Sequence record: NC_055780.1
Direction: 5' to 3' (one strand)
Source: Escherichia phage MLF4
DNA: 64,000 bases
Part shown: positions 1 to 13,966 of the stretch, in pieces
Layout of the letters: every line of letters starts with the position of its first letter
Numbering within the stretch: the first letter of the stretch is position 1
Program-made: the position numbers and the translations under genes
The notes under the pieces: model-generated
What the model saw: only the letters and a program-made list of their open reading frames with translations
Told to the model about the DNA's origin: nothing
Databases searched by the model: none

Positions 1-3875
<3,875 letters not shown>

Positions 3876-3883
3876 AAGTCCTC

Positions 3884-4540
3884 TTAATAATAGCCGAAAT
3901 CTTGAACAGAATCCTTAATTACGATTTGGTCAAATCGCGGAACATGCGAGGGTTGAGATGCAGGATTCTGTGAAAAAAGGTTTGGCGCAGTTAAATTTCC
4001 TGTCATAGTGTCTCCAGAGCGTAATACTCTAGAGTTTACATTTGTTGTAACAATATTTATTGCTCCATCAACATAATCTTTTCTCGTAAGGTCATAATTA
4101 TTTACTGGTGATAACGAAGTTGCGCGTATTTGTGATGCTTCAATTACACCCTTTGAGCTAATATCTCCGTTTCGTGTGTTAATTACTACAGTTCTACCTG
4201 CTGCCCCTTGTGATGATTTAAAGCCGATACCATACCATGAAACAATATCCATATTTGTAGTATCATATGTGGCATTATCACCAGGACCGGCAAAAATACC
4301 GTTGTCACCTGACCCAGCACCAGGAACAGTCATTCCTTTATTAAAAATTACTTTATTTAAATATGTACCACCATTAGCTTTAGAAACGAAATCGTTATCA
4401 GCAGCTTGTGGTTTATTATATTCTGAATATATTTTAAATGATTTATAGAGTACATCGTCACCGGCTGGATTCAATGGAAAATTTCCTTGATGCCAAATGA
4501 CAGAGCCTCCAGTTGTTGAACCTACTTTTAAATCAGCCAT
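3884..4540 (-). CDS. 36: Long tail fibre distal connector gp36
   Basis: 218 aa ORF with ATG at 4540, synteny 35-36-37, size close to T4 gp36. Confidence 0.85.
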   Translation of the reverse strand: MADLKVGSTTGGSVIWHQGNFPLNPAGDDVLYKSFKIYSEYNKPQAADNDFVSKANGGTYLNKVIFNKGMTVPGAGSGDNGIFAGPGDNATYDTTNMDIVSWYGIGFKSSQGAAGRTVVINTRNGDISSKGVIEASQIRATSLSPVNNYDLTRKDYVDGAINIVTTNVNSRVLRSGDTMTGNLTAPNLFSQNPASQPSHVPRFDQIVIKDSVQDFGYY

Positions 4541-4563
4541 TGTATGCCCCTTTATTTTAATAG

Positions 4564-4571
4564 TATTTATA
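4564..4571 (-). promoter_or_regulatory. T4-type late promoter TATAAATA upstream of gene 36
   Basis: Plus-strand TATTTATA (minus-strand TATAAATA) about 25 nt upstream of the gp36 start codon. Confidence 0.65.
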
Positions 4572-4574
4572 AAG

Positions 4575-4598
4575 AAAAAGGGAGCCCGAAGGCTCCCT
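4575..4598 (-). terminator. Intrinsic terminator hairpin after gene 35
   Basis: Minus-strand GGGAGCC-TTCG-GGCTCCC stem-loop followed by T-run, immediately after the gp35 stop. Confidence 0.6.
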
Positions 4599-4602
4599 CA
4601 AT

Positions 4603-5718
4603 TTAAACTTCTCTAAATTCTTGCCCAAACACTTTACCAGTTTTAGACGATGCTTGCGTAGGAAGTACCATTATATCTGGAGGTGAAGCAGATTCGCAGA
4701 TATAATTAACTCGAATACCATTGACGCCAAACTCAGCAGGTTTTGAAATGCCGCCATTTCTTGACACTTCAGAAAAGCTTAAATTTCTCATACCGCCTTG
4801 ACCCGCTTGTGCAGTTCTCTGTGCGTATATCGTAAATCCTACTGCATTTTCAGGAACAACTACATAATCTTCTTTTAATTCCCAAGACCCAGCTTGTCCG
4901 GTAAACTCAGCTTGTGTCGAGGAAATATATCCATTTGATGCATTATAAAAACGGATAGATATATTTGTAGTTCCAAGAGCAAGTAAATCAGCATCAGCAT
5001 ATAGTTGTGCTTTAAGATAAAGAACATCTCCAGGAATTAAATTATAGTCAGAAAGTTTACTTATTGCAGATGCTGTAGGTAGACGTGCAATTTCGTTATT
5101 AGTTCCACCAACAGCTGACATAAATTGCTCAACGCTTTCATATGTTCTTTTAGGAAATCCTGTCGCTCCAACATCTTCTAAACTGTCAAATACTACATCT
5201 AATATAGTTTGATAGTCATCTGTGCTTTTTCTGTTACTCAGTTTAACATGCTCTAGTGCGATAGCTCTTTTAGAAGAAGTGTAAAAGGCAGCATATGATA
5301 CATCAAATCTTGACAATAAAGAATCAGATGGAAAAGCAGATGTTCCTGCCGTTCTTAACCAAGATACTACTTCAGGAGGAAAATTAACCTTTCCGCTAGT
5401 TAATATGGCAACAAGTCTATTGCTTGAAAAAGAATTCATGAAACTAACAAAAGCAGCTGATGTAGTATCATTTGAAGTCGAAAAAACATATGACTTACTA
5501 TCAACCAATGCTCCCGTGGAAGGGTCAAAAACTCTTAAATGAAGACCTGCACCAAATGTTTGACTTCCTACAGGATTATCCTGAAATTTAACGTATGGTC
5601 CTGCGGTAGAAAGCGGGCAAGAACCCGCTATACTTATTTTATATCTTACTGAATTGCTTTCCGATAAAAATGGCGTTTGGACATATCCTTGTCCAAACTC
5701 TGCCATAAATTTTTCCAT
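4603..5718 (-). CDS. 35: Long tail fibre hinge protein gp35
   Basis: 371 aa ORF, RBS AAGAGG before ATG at 5718, synteny between 34 and 36, size close to T4 gp35. Confidence 0.85.
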   Translation of the reverse strand: MEKFMAEFGQGYVQTPFLSESNSVRYKISIAGSCPLSTAGPYVKFQDNPVGSQTFGAGLHLRVFDPSTGALVDSKSYVFSTSNDTTSAAFVSFMNSFSSNRLVAILTSGKVNFPPEVVSWLRTAGTSAFPSDSLLSRFDVSYAAFYTSSKRAIALEHVKLSNRKSTDDYQTILDVVFDSLEDVGATGFPKRTYESVEQFMSAVGGTNNEIARLPTASAISKLSDYNLIPGDVLYLKAQLYADADLLALGTTNISIRFYNASNGYISSTQAEFTGQAGSWELKEDYVVVPENAVGFTIYAQRTAQAGQGGMRNLSFSEVSRNGGISKPAEFGVNGIRVNYICESASPPDIMVLPTQASSKTGKVFGQEFREV

Positions 5719-5726
5719 AATACCTC

Positions 5727-8700
5727 TTATTCAACCCATTCAAATTTAACAGTTTTATTCACTGGGTCAGGAATAATGCGAACATTACCAATTCGTAAGA
5801 AATCACGAATAGTAAGATTACCCATTGTAGCATTATCAGATGGTAAAGCACCGATATCAGACGGTTGAGGAGGGTTACCTCCATCAAATACCTGAACAAA
5901 ACTTGACCAAGAATTTTTGGTTTTCTGCCATGTGCGGGTCCAACGAGTGGTACGCGCTTCTGGAGTTGTTGGATAAGTAATCCAATCTTGGTAAAGCGAA
6001 TCAAGTGTATTACCAAACTGAGTCAGTGTACCAGGAGATTTAACTTCTTCGCCACGTTCTAAGTATGGAAGTCCAGTCACTTCATTAGTTTTTTCAACCA
6101 TTTTAAAATAACCCGGGAATTGGTTATAAGTAGCTGAATCATTAATATCGATTGACCAGAATCCTACAGTATCAGATGTTGGTGCACGGGTGTATAAATC
6201 AGATGTTTTAGTACCCTGAGAACGAATTCTCGAGTTAACAGTCAAACCGCCTGAATTTATAGTAGCACCTTTGGCAATGATTAAGCTTTCACCAATTGTG
6301 ACTTGACCTGATTGATTATTAATTGATAATGGACGTAATCCATTAAATCCGCCAGTCTGATCACCGGATGCAGTAAGCATAAAATTCGTTACTGATCCAT
6401 CATTGCGAACAATGAAACCATAATTTCCGTTAATAGCACGGAAAGCATTTGCGCTTCGAGAAATAATTTCACCAGTTGCAGTGACTGAATTACCAAATGT
6501 TGCTACGCCATTTGCATTCAATGTTCCTGAAGCATTAACATTTATCGGTGTTACTGTACCGTTGATATTAAATGTTATATTTCCAGCTTTATTGCGCTGA
6601 GAATAAAAATGACTAGATGTTTCATCACTAACTTCAAATACGGTAGAACGTGTTGTATCTAATTCCCCACTAAATTGATTTCCCCACACTCTAACAGTCA
6701 TCGTTTGGGCTGGGTTTGTTCCAGTTTGAGGTCCTTTCTCAAAAATCAATCGAGTTGCTGTTCCAGTATTAGAAATCGTTAGTACACTATTTGCTGTAAC
6801 TGAACCACCAAACGTAGCAGTACTAGATGATACAAGAGGGGCACTCAGATTCGTTTGTTGGGTTAAGGTTAGTGAACCATTAACCGTCTGCGCAATGTCC
6901 CTACGAATGAACTGAGATGAATCTAGACCATCCAATAAATTACTATCTGCAGCTTTTGCTTTTAATGGCAAATAATTTGCTAATACACGGTTTAATTCGT
7001 ATGGTGATACTGCATAGCTATTTTTCTCATACAGTTCTAAATCTTGGGTAGAACCGACTGTATCATTACCGACAAATGTAATTGAACCAGATGAAGTTTT
7101 AACAAAACCTCTTATCGCAGTAGTAGCTGCCCAGGTAGGTTCACTCTGTACAATCCATTTTAAATTTTTTGGAGATACAGCAGTGTTCGCTGACGTTCCA
7201 GCCACAGTTTCAGACTGAGTTGCAACTTTAATAACACCTTCTTGTGATTCGGTAGATTTAGTACCTAAAAGCTTTTTAGGAGTTATTAAAACATTATCTA
7301 ATTTTCCAGCAGCAGCTTCAACTTGTGTAGCCACACGAAGTGTACCACGTTGTGTCTCATTTGCTTCAAGAATATTAAGGGTATAATGGTCCCAGAGAGT
7401 TCCTGATTCAACTAATCCAGATAGAGCAACAACAGAAGTACGATCAGTACTATTAAATCTAGTTTTAATTTTTAATGGTGTAGAGATACGAGTATCGTCG
7501 ACGCCTGCGTCGAATTCAACTTGTGTAGCAATTTCAGCTATACCACTTAAACTTTCAGTTGCTCTACGGTCATTTAAAGTTTTAGGAGTGACTGCACGAG
7601 TATAATCAGTTCCTGTATTAACTTCACTTTGAGTAGCAATTTCAATTAAACCAATTCTTCCATCAGTTGATGTCTTTTTATGTAACGTTTCTGGCGTTAC
7701 AACCGCATTTGCCCATCCTTCTTGACTTTGTCCAGCAATTACTTCACTTTCAACTGCTAAAATTACCGCACCTTGTTGTGTTGGAGTAGCTTTATACTGA
7801 TCCAAGGCTTTAGGTGAAACAACTAAGTTATTAGTGTTTTTATTATAAACATTCGTACCATTTAATTCACGGCTAGAAGCCGGAGTAGCACCTGCAGTAG
7901 ATACAAAAGTTACAATACCAGATAATGATTCAGAACCTTGGCGAGCTTGAAGCTTTTTAGGAGTAATGATTGTAGTATCATCAGTACCTGTATTAGTTTC
8001 CTGTTGCGTAGCAATTTCTGCGACACCTCTGCGAGTTTCTGTAGCAGTTCTTTCATTCAACTTTTTAGGAGTGATGATAAGGTCATCTGCAAAAGAGAAT
8101 GTGGTATCCTGGTTTACTTGCGCAGTTGTTGCTATTCTTGCAATACCTCTACGAGTTTCTGTAGCAGTACGATTAGCTAACGTTTCTGGAGTAATTGCCA
8201 ATTCTTTTTGTGGAGAATTTTCTAAATCTGCATTAGCTTGAGCCTGTGTAGCTAATGCAATTACACCTAATCTTGCTCTAGTAGAATTATTTAAAGAGTC
8301 TACTCTTTCTACAGTTGAAACGTTTTGCTGTACAACCCAATATTTTCCATCGGAATCTTCGATATAAGCAAGCTGTAAAACTGGAACATAATTGGTTTCG
8401 CCATTAAAAACTAATTCTTGAACAGTCACCCATTTAGTTTCAGGCGGGTATTCTGAACGTTTTGGAAATTGCAACAATTGAACTGAAGAAGCAATTTTAT
8501 CTTCACCGGCAGCTTTGATTTTAACTGTTTGTCCTTTTCTCATGTAATTCATGGAAATCTTAACAGTATCACCGATAGAAATATCAGTTGGAAGCTGAAG
8601 TTCAATCGTTTGAGTTGTTCCATTATTCGCGCCAAATACCATGACTTCTTCATTTGGACGGATGTTTGAATTAGTTGTTATAATGCGTAAACGTGCTTTA

Positions 8701-9596
8701 CTATCCCCGTCAAATAATCTCCACAATTTCTCATTATCATCAAACATTAAGAAACCATCAATAGATGTACGGCCTTCAATGGAATGAGTTCCAACTTCTT
8801 GTACTGAAGTCGTTTCATCGTATGTAGTAACGATAGTATGATATAACGGATTTAATTTATCTAAATCAACAAAATTAATAATATCCCCATGATTAGCAAA
8901 TCTAGGAAGTTTAATATTAATTGCTGAAGCAGAAGTAAATCTACGCACGATAAAATCGTTTGATTGCGCTTGATAAAGACTCGCTGGCGTTACAACTGCC
9001 GCTTCTCTGCTATAATCAGCAACATACATTTGCCACAGACGATTACTAAAAATTAAAACTATCTGCGATTTTGGATGAGTCATTAGTACTGAACGTACTT
9101 GTTGACCTCTGAAGTTTACAATACTTTGCACCGGAGCTACAATTAAAACTTGGTTAACTCCAGGTTTTCCTCCAATATCTTGGAGAACGATAGTATCACC
9201 ATCAATTGGGGTAGATGGTAAAGTAAATGTAATATCATTACCAGCTGCGGTGTTAACCGAAATAGCTTCACCAGATTTTAATTGATATGAACCAGATGAA
9301 ACCGTAATCCAGTTAGCATCGGTACGTAATGCTCTCCAGCGTCCGCTATTAAAAGCTCCTGCCGGTTTTGGAATATCATTTATAGCAGCCCAAAAGCGGT
9401 TATCATAAATGATTACAAAATCTTTTAAATATCCACGAGTTGGATCATATTGTTGAACTGTGTTTTCTTGAATTAAGTAATCAACGTTAACACCGTCAGT
9501 TCCTACGGTACGATCAGCTAAAGCTACGTTGATTATTTTATCGCCACCTGCGTCCAGACCGTCTTCTGCTCTGAACTTTCTTTTAATCTCGGCCAT
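5727..9596 (-). CDS. 34: Long tail fibre proximal subunit gp34
   Basis: 1289 aa ORF (same length as recalled for T4 gp34), ATG at 9596; internal repeated motifs (...ATETRRG.AxIAT...) typical of gp34; late promoter upstream. Confidence 0.9.
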   Translation of the reverse strand: MAEIKRKFRAEDGLDAGGDKIINVALADRTVGTDGVNVDYLIQENTVQQYDPTRGYLKDFVIIYDNRFWAAINDIPKPAGAFNSGRWRALRTDANWITVSSGSYQLKSGEAISVNTAAGNDITFTLPSTPIDGDTIVLQDIGGKPGVNQVLIVAPVQSIVNFRGQQVRSVLMTHPKSQIVLIFSNRLWQMYVADYSREAAVVTPASLYQAQSNDFIVRRFTSASAINIKLPRFANHGDIINFVDLDKLNPLYHTIVTTYDETTSVQEVGTHSIEGRTSIDGFLMFDDNEKLWRLFDGDSKARLRIITTNSNIRPNEEVMVFGANNGTTQTIELQLPTDISIGDTVKISMNYMRKGQTVKIKAAGEDKIASSVQLLQFPKRSEYPPETKWVTVQELVFNGETNYVPVLQLAYIEDSDGKYWVVQQNVSTVERVDSLNNSTRARLGVIALATQAQANADLENSPQKELAITPETLANRTATETRRGIARIATTAQVNQDTTFSFADDLIITPKKLNERTATETRRGVAEIATQQETNTGTDDTTIITPKKLQARQGSESLSGIVTFVSTAGATPASSRELNGTNVYNKNTNNLVVSPKALDQYKATPTQQGAVILAVESEVIAGQSQEGWANAVVTPETLHKKTSTDGRIGLIEIATQSEVNTGTDYTRAVTPKTLNDRRATESLSGIAEIATQVEFDAGVDDTRISTPLKIKTRFNSTDRTSVVALSGLVESGTLWDHYTLNILEANETQRGTLRVATQVEAAAGKLDNVLITPKKLLGTKSTESQEGVIKVATQSETVAGTSANTAVSPKNLKWIVQSEPTWAATTAIRGFVKTSSGSITFVGNDTVGSTQDLELYEKNSYAVSPYELNRVLANYLPLKAKAADSNLLDGLDSSQFIRRDIAQTVNGSLTLTQQTNLSAPLVSSSTATFGGSVTANSVLTISNTGTATRLIFEKGPQTGTNPAQTMTVRVWGNQFSGELDTTRSTVFEVSDETSSHFYSQRNKAGNITFNINGTVTPINVNASGTLNANGVATFGNSVTATGEIISRSANAFRAINGNYGFIVRNDGSVTNFMLTASGDQTGGFNGLRPLSINNQSGQVTIGESLIIAKGATINSGGLTVNSRIRSQGTKTSDLYTRAPTSDTVGFWSIDINDSATYNQFPGYFKMVEKTNEVTGLPYLERGEEVKSPGTLTQFGNTLDSLYQDWITYPTTPEARTTRWTRTWQKTKNSWSSFVQVFDGGNPPQPSDIGALPSDNATMGNLTIRDFLRIGNVRIIPDPVNKTVKFEWVE

Positions 9597-9630
9597 TCTC
9601 CCGGGCTCCTATTGTGTTTTCAATAATAAG

Positions 9631-9638
9631 TATTTATA
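9631..9638 (-). promoter_or_regulatory. Late promoter TATAAATA for gene 34
   Basis: Plus-strand TATTTATA about 35 nt upstream of the gp34 ATG. Confidence 0.65.
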
Positions 9639-9641
9639 CTT

Positions 9642-9671
9642 GTTTACTTTAAGATTTGGATGGTATATAAT
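9642..9671 (+). promoter_or_regulatory. Early (sigma70-type) promoter upstream of rnh
   Basis: GTTTACT (-35-like) then 17 nt then TATAAT; divergent from the gene 34 late promoter. Confidence 0.5.
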
Positions 9672-9700
9672 AGAAATCTCACTAATTGAACGAGGTTCAT

Positions 9701-10618
9701 ATGGATTTAGAAATGATGCTGGATGAAGATTACAAAGAAGGAATTTGCTTTATTGACTTTAGTCAAATTGCGCTTTCAACTGCTTTGGTAAACTTCCCAG
9801 ATAAAGAAAAAATTAATTTATCAATGGTTCGTCATTTGATATTGAACTCAATTAAGTTTAATGTCAAAAAAGCAAAAACGCTTGGATACACTAAAATTGT
9901 ACTGTGTATTGATAATGCGAAATCTGGATACTGGCGTCGTGATTTCGCGTATTATTATAAGAAAAACCGTGGAAAAGCACGAGAAGAATCAACTTGGGAC
10001 TGGGAAGGTTATTTTGAATCCAGCCATAAAGTTATAGATGAATTGAAAGCTTATATGCCATACATTGTTATGGATATTGATAAGTATGAAGCAGATGACC
10101 ACATTGCTGTTCTTGTTAAAAAGTTCTCTTTAGAAGGACACAAGATTTTAATCATTTCATCGGATGGTGACTTTACTCAACTTCACAAATATCCAAATGT
10201 TAAGCAATGGTCACCGATGCACAAGAAATGGGTTAAAATTAAAAGCGGTTCTGCTGAAATTGACTGTATGACTAAAATCCTTAAAGGCGATAAAAAGGAT
10301 AACGTTGCTTCAGTTAAAGTACGATCTGACTTTTGGTTTACCAAAGTTGAAGGTGAACGAACTCCTTCAATGAAAACTTCAATCGTTGAAGCTATTGCTA
10401 ATGACCGTGAGCAAGCTAAGGTGCTTCTCACAGAATCTGAATATAATCGTTATAAAGAAAATCTAGTTCTAATTGATTTTGATTATATTCCTGATAATAT
10501 TGCTTCAAACATTGTGAATTACTATAATTCATATAAATTACCACCGCGTGGCAAAATTTATTCATATTTTGTAAAAGCGGGTCTTTCTAAATTAACTAAT
10601 AGCATTAATGAATTTTGA
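9701..10618 (+). CDS. rnh: RNase H (5'-3' exonuclease / flap endonuclease)
   Basis: Protein MDLEMMLDEDYKEG... matches recalled T4 RNase H; 305 aa from ATG at 9701 (the track start at 9686 is a TTG). Confidence 0.9.
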   Translation: MDLEMMLDEDYKEGICFIDFSQIALSTALVNFPDKEKINLSMVRHLILNSIKFNVKKAKTLGYTKIVLCIDNAKSGYWRRDFAYYYKKNRGKAREESTWDWEGYFESSHKVIDELKAYMPYIVMDIDKYEADDHIAVLVKKFSLEGHKILIISSDGDFTQLHKYPNVKQWSPMHKKWVKIKSGSAEIDCMTKILKGDKKDNVASVKVRSDFWFTKVEGERTPSMKTSIVEAIANDREQAKVLLTESEYNRYKENLVLIDFDYIPDNIASNIVNYYNSYKLPPRGKIYSYFVKAGLSKLTNSINEF

Positions 10619-10626
10619 GGTGAATA

Positions 10627-10896
10627 ATGGCTAAAAAAGAAATGGTTGAATTTGATGAAGCTATCCACGGCGAAGACTTGGCTAAATTTATTAAAGAAGC
10701 ATCTGATCATAAACTGAAAATTTCTGGTTATAATGAACTGATTAAAGATATTCGAATTCGTGCTAAAGATGAACTTGGCGTTGATGGTAAGATGTTTAAT
10801 CGTCTATTAGCTTTGTATCATAAAGATAACCGTGATGTGTTTGAAGCTGAAACTGAAGAGGTAGTTGAACTTTATGACACAGTTTTCTCTAAATGA
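10627..10896 (+). CDS. dsbA: dsDNA-binding protein DsbA (late transcription enhancer)
   Basis: 89 aa ORF, same size and position (between rnh and 33) as T4 dsbA. Confidence 0.8.
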   Translation: MAKKEMVEFDEAIHGEDLAKFIKEASDHKLKISGYNELIKDIRIRAKDELGVDGKMFNRLLALYHKDNRDVFEAETEEVVELYDTVFSK

Positions 10897-11212
10897 TATT
10901 CGTCCGGTCGATGAGACCGGTCTTTCAGAAAAAGAACTTTCAATTAAGAAAGAAAAGGATGAAATAGCAAAGCTTCTTGATCGTCAAGAAAATGGATTTA
11001 TTATTGAAAAGATGGTAGAAGAATTTGGAATGAGTTATCTTGAAGCTACGACAGCATTCTTGGAAGAAAACTCTATTCCTGAAACTCAATTTGCTAAATT
11101 TATTCCTTCGGGTATAATTGAAAAAATTCAGTCAGAAGCTATTGACGAAAATCTTTTACGTCCTTCTGTTGTTCGTTGTGAAAAAACTAATACATTAGAT
11201 TTTCTGCTATGA
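10874..11212 (+). CDS. 33: Late transcription accessory protein gp33
   Basis: 112 aa from ATG at 10874 (MTQFSLNDIRP...), synteny dsbA-33-59; overlaps the dsbA 3' end by 23 nt. Confidence 0.8.
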   Translation: MTQFSLNDIRPVDETGLSEKELSIKKEKDEIAKLLDRQENGFIIEKMVEEFGMSYLEATTAFLEENSIPETQFAKFIPSGIIEKIQSEAIDENLLRPSVVRCEKTNTLDFLL

Positions 11213-11862
11213 TTAAACTCCGCATGCCTGCTGGTGGTGAAAGATATATTGATGGTAAATCAGTTTATAAATTATACTTAATGATAAAACAACATATGAA
11301 TGGAAAGTATGATGTTATTAAGTATAATTGGTGCATGCGGGTGTCTGATGCCGCTTATCAAAAGCGAAGGGATAAGTATTTTTTCCAGAAGTTATCAGAA
11401 AAATATAAATTAAAGGAACTTGCTTTAATCTTTATAAGTAATTTGGTTGCTAACCAAGATGCTTGGATTGGTGACATCTCTGACGCTGATGCACTTGTGT
11501 TTTATCGTGAATATATCGGACGCTTAAAGCAAATTAAATTTAAGTTTGAAGAAGATATTCGCAACATTTATTATTTTAGTAAAAAAGTTGAAGTTTCTGC
11601 TTTTAAAGAAATTTTTGAGTATAATCCAAAAGTTCAATCAAGTTATATTTTTAAACTACTTCAATCAAATATAATTTCGTTTGAGACGTTTATCTTGCTT
11701 GATTCGTTTTTAAATATAATTGATAAACATGATGAACAGACTGATAATTTAGTCTGGAATAATTATTCTATAAAATTAAAGGCTTATAGAAAAATTTTAA
11801 ATATTGATTCACAGGAAGCTAAAAAAGTTTTTATTGAAACTGTGAAATCTTGTAAGTATTAA
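11209..11862 (+). CDS. 59: Helicase loader gp59
   Basis: 217 aa, same length as T4 gp59, immediately upstream of gene 32. Confidence 0.85.
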   Translation: MIKLRMPAGGERYIDGKSVYKLYLMIKQHMNGKYDVIKYNWCMRVSDAAYQKRRDKYFFQKLSEKYKLKELALIFISNLVANQDAWIGDISDADALVFYREYIGRLKQIKFKFEEDIRNIYYFSKKVEVSAFKEIFEYNPKVQSSYIFKLLQSNIISFETFILLDSFLNIIDKHDEQTDNLVWNNYSIKLKAYRKILNIDSQEAKKVFIETVKSCKY

Positions 11863-11863
11863 T

Positions 11864-11887
11864 TGCTTATTATAAATAGATTATAAT
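11864..11887 (+). promoter_or_regulatory. Gene 32 promoter region: MotA-box-like TGCTTA plus -10 TATAAT (middle promoter) overlapping a late TATAAATA at 11871-11878
   Basis: TGCTTAT at 11864-11870, 11-nt spacer, TATAAT at 11882-11887; TATAAATA at 11871-11878. T4 gene 32 is known to have middle and late promoters. Confidence 0.55.
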
Positions 11888-11895
11888 TATCTCAC

Positions 11896-11961
11896 TGACC
11901 AGCTATGAGGTCATACATCGTCATAGCACCAACTGTTAATTAAATTAAAAAGGAAATAAAA
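11896..11961 (+). promoter_or_regulatory. Gene 32 mRNA leader: translational operator (pseudoknot plus A/U-rich gp32 binding tract)
   Basis: TGACCAGCTATGAGGTCATACATCGTCATAGCACC followed by an A/T-rich unstructured tract up to the ATG; matches the recalled T4 gene 32 autoregulatory pseudoknot. Confidence 0.7.
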
Positions 11962-12870
11962 ATGTTTAAACGTAAATCTACTGCTGAACTCGCTGCACAA
12001 ATGGCTAAATTGGCTGGAAATAAAGGTGGTTTTTCTTCTGAAGATAAAGGCGAGTGGAAACTGAAACTCGACAATGCGGGTAACGGTCAAGCAGTAATTC
12101 GTTTTCTTCCGTCTAAAAATGATGAACAAGCACCATTCGCAATTCTTGTAAATCACGGTTTCAAGAAAAACGGTAAATGGTATATCGAAAATTGCTCATC
12201 TACCCACGGTGATTACGATTCTTGTCCAGTATGTCAATACATTAGTAAAAATGATCTGTACAACACTGACAATAAAGAGTACAGTCTTGTTAAACGTAAA
12301 ACTTCTTACTGGGCTAACATTCTTGTTGTAAAAGACCCAGCTGCTCCAGAAAACGAAGGTAAAGTATTTAAATACCGTTTCGGTAAGAAAATCTGGGATA
12401 AAATCAATGCAATGATTGCGGTTGATGTTGAAATGGGTGAAACTCCAGTTGATGTAACTTGTCCATGGGAAGGTGCTAACTTTGTACTGAAAGTTAAACA
12501 AGTTTCTGGATTTAGTAACTACGACGAATCTAAATTCCTGAATCAATCTGCGATTCCAAACATTGATGATGAATCTTTCCAGAAAGAACTGTTCGAACAA
12601 ATGGTTGACCTTTCTGAAATGACTTCTAAAGATAAATTCAAATCGTTTGAAGAACTGAGCACTAAATTCGGTCAAGTTATGGGAACTGCTGTGATGGGCG
12701 GTGCCGCAGCAACTGCCGCTAAGAAAGCTGATAAAGTTGCTGATGATTTGGATGCATTCAATGTTGATGACTTCAATACAAAAACTGAAGATGATTTTAT
12801 GAGCTCAAGCTCTGGCAGTTCATCTAGTGCTGATGACACGGACCTGGATGACCTTTTGAATGACCTTTAA
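11962..12870 (+). CDS. 32: ssDNA-binding protein gp32
   Basis: 302 aa; [17 protein letters not shown]...acidic Ser/Asp-rich C-terminus; matches recalled T4 gp32. Confidence 0.95.
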   Translation: MFKRKSTAELAAQMAKLAGNKGGFSSEDKGEWKLKLDNAGNGQAVIRFLPSKNDEQAPFAILVNHGFKKNGKWYIENCSSTHGDYDSCPVCQYISKNDLYNTDNKEYSLVKRKTSYWANILVVKDPAAPENEGKVFKYRFGKKIWDKINAMIAVDVEMGETPVDVTCPWEGANFVLKVKQVSGFSNYDESKFLNQSAIPNIDDESFQKELFEQMVDLSEMTSKDKFKSFEELSTKFGQVMGTAVMGGAAATAAKKADKVADDLDAFNVDDFNTKTEDDFMSSSSGSSSSADDTDLDDLLNDL

Positions 12871-12892
12871 TAGATTATATTACTAATTAATT

Positions 12893-12917
12893 GGGGACCT
12901 CTAGGGTCCCCTTTTTT
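12893..12917 (+). terminator. Intrinsic terminator after gene 32
   Basis: GGGGACC-TCTAG-GGTCCCC followed by TTTTTT. Confidence 0.75.
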
Positions 12918-12942
12918 ATTTCAAAAATTTTTTCACAAAACT

Positions 12943-12972
12943 GTTTACATCCCTGTTCTTCCATGGTACTAT
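12943..12972 (+). promoter_or_regulatory. T4 early-type promoter (GTTTACA -35, TACTAT -10)
   Basis: GTTTACA, 17-nt spacer, TACTAT; followed by RBS and ORF at 13016. Confidence 0.55.
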
Positions 12973-13015
12973 ACAACTATCGGCAATACTGCTGATGATT
13001 AAAGAGGAAAATAAT

Positions 13016-13246
13016 ATGGCTAAAGTTGATATTGACATCGTTGATTTTGAATATATCGAAGAAATTATTCGTAATCGTTATCCTGAACTTAGTATCACAA
13101 GTATTCACGATGATCCCAATTATTGCAATTTTTCTATTGTCATTGAAGGTCCTCTTGAAGACCTCACCCGCTTTATGGCTAATGAATATTGTGATGGCAT
13201 GGATTCTGAAGACACAGAATTTTACATGGGATTGATTGAACAATAA
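13016..13246 (+). CDS. Hypothetical small early protein (frd.3-like position)
   Basis: ORF with RBS AGAGGA before ATG at 13016 (the track start at 12995 is less likely); acidic 76 aa protein; terminator-like hairpin at 13258-13275. Confidence 0.55.
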   Translation: MAKVDIDIVDFEYIEEIIRNRYPELSITSIHDDPNYCNFSIVIEGPLEDLTRFMANEYCDGMDSEDTEFYMGLIEQ

Positions 13247-13290
13247 TTATCAAGGGGCTATTACAGCCCCGTTAAAATGAGGAAAATGTA

Positions 13291-13656
13291 ATGTATATTG
13301 GCAAAAAGTATGAGCTTGTTCCAAGACTTATTGATACATTTATTAATTATCGCCCGCGTTCTAATTCATCAATAGTTAAAATTATTCAAGAAAATGGTGG
13401 ATGGTTTGAAGTTAAAGAAGCTTTCTTTGTTGATGGATTTAGAGTAATAAAACACATTGAATGCGCAAATGGAAAGCATTTTTACTTTAACGTTTGTGAA
13501 GACGAATTTCATTGTTTTCGTGAGTATAAAGAACCGACTTCTGAAGAAGATGAAGTCGAAGACAAGGTTTCTGGCGTAACAAAAATTCACTGCATTGTAG
13601 ACGAAAATAATGTAGATGAAATCATTGAACTTTTGCGAAAAACTTTCAAAAAGTAG
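13291..13656 (+). CDS. Hypothetical protein (frd.x cluster)
   Basis: 121 aa ORF with RBS GAGGA. Confidence 0.55.
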   Translation: MYIGKKYELVPRLIDTFINYRPRSNSSIVKIIQENGGWFEVKEAFFVDGFRVIKHIECANGKHFYFNVCEDEFHCFREYKEPTSEEDEVEDKVSGVTKIHCIVDENNVDEIIELLRKTFKK

Positions 13657-13685
13657 TTTACATCAGGGTAGTAGTGTGATACTAT
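13656..13685 (+). promoter_or_regulatory. Early-type promoter (GTTTACA ... TACTAT) with flanking inverted repeat
   Basis: GTTTACA at 13656, 17-nt spacer, TACTAT at 13680; AGGGTAGTA / TACTATTACCCT imperfect inverted repeat around the -10. Confidence 0.5.
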
Positions 13686-13713
13686 TACCCTATCAACTAC
13701 TGAGGAGAATAAA

Positions 13714-13956
13714 ATGAGATTACAACGTCAGAGCATCAAAGATTCGGAAGTTAGAGGTAAATGGTATTTTAATATCATCGGTAAAGATTCTGAACTTGTT
13801 GAAAAAGCTGAACATCTTTTACGTGATATGGGATGGGAAGATGAATGCGATGGATGTCCTCTTTATGAAGACGGAGAAAGCGCAGGATTTTGGATTTACC
13901 ATTCTGACGTCGAGCAGTTTAAAGCTGATTGGAAAATTGTGAAAAAGTCTGTTTGA
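13714..13956 (+). CDS. Hypothetical protein (frd.x cluster)
   Basis: 80 aa ORF, RBS GAGGAG, contains CDGC motif. Confidence 0.55.
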   Translation: MRLQRQSIKDSEVRGKWYFNIIGKDSELVEKAEHLLRDMGWEDECDGCPLYEDGESAGFWIYHSDVEQFKADWKIVKKSV

Positions 13957-13966
13957 GGAAAATATT

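Noticed and set aside
7938-8241. Plus-strand ORFs rich in Ser/Cys inside gene 34
   Set aside because: Antisense to the repeat region of gp34; they arise from the repeated TATETRRG-coding segments and are not independent genes.
7400-8300. Tandem-like repeats at DNA and protein level (ATETRRG.AxIAT motif repeated)
   Set aside because: Internal structural repeats of the gp34 fibre protein, a known property of long tail fibre proximal subunits; not a separate repeat element or mobile sequence.
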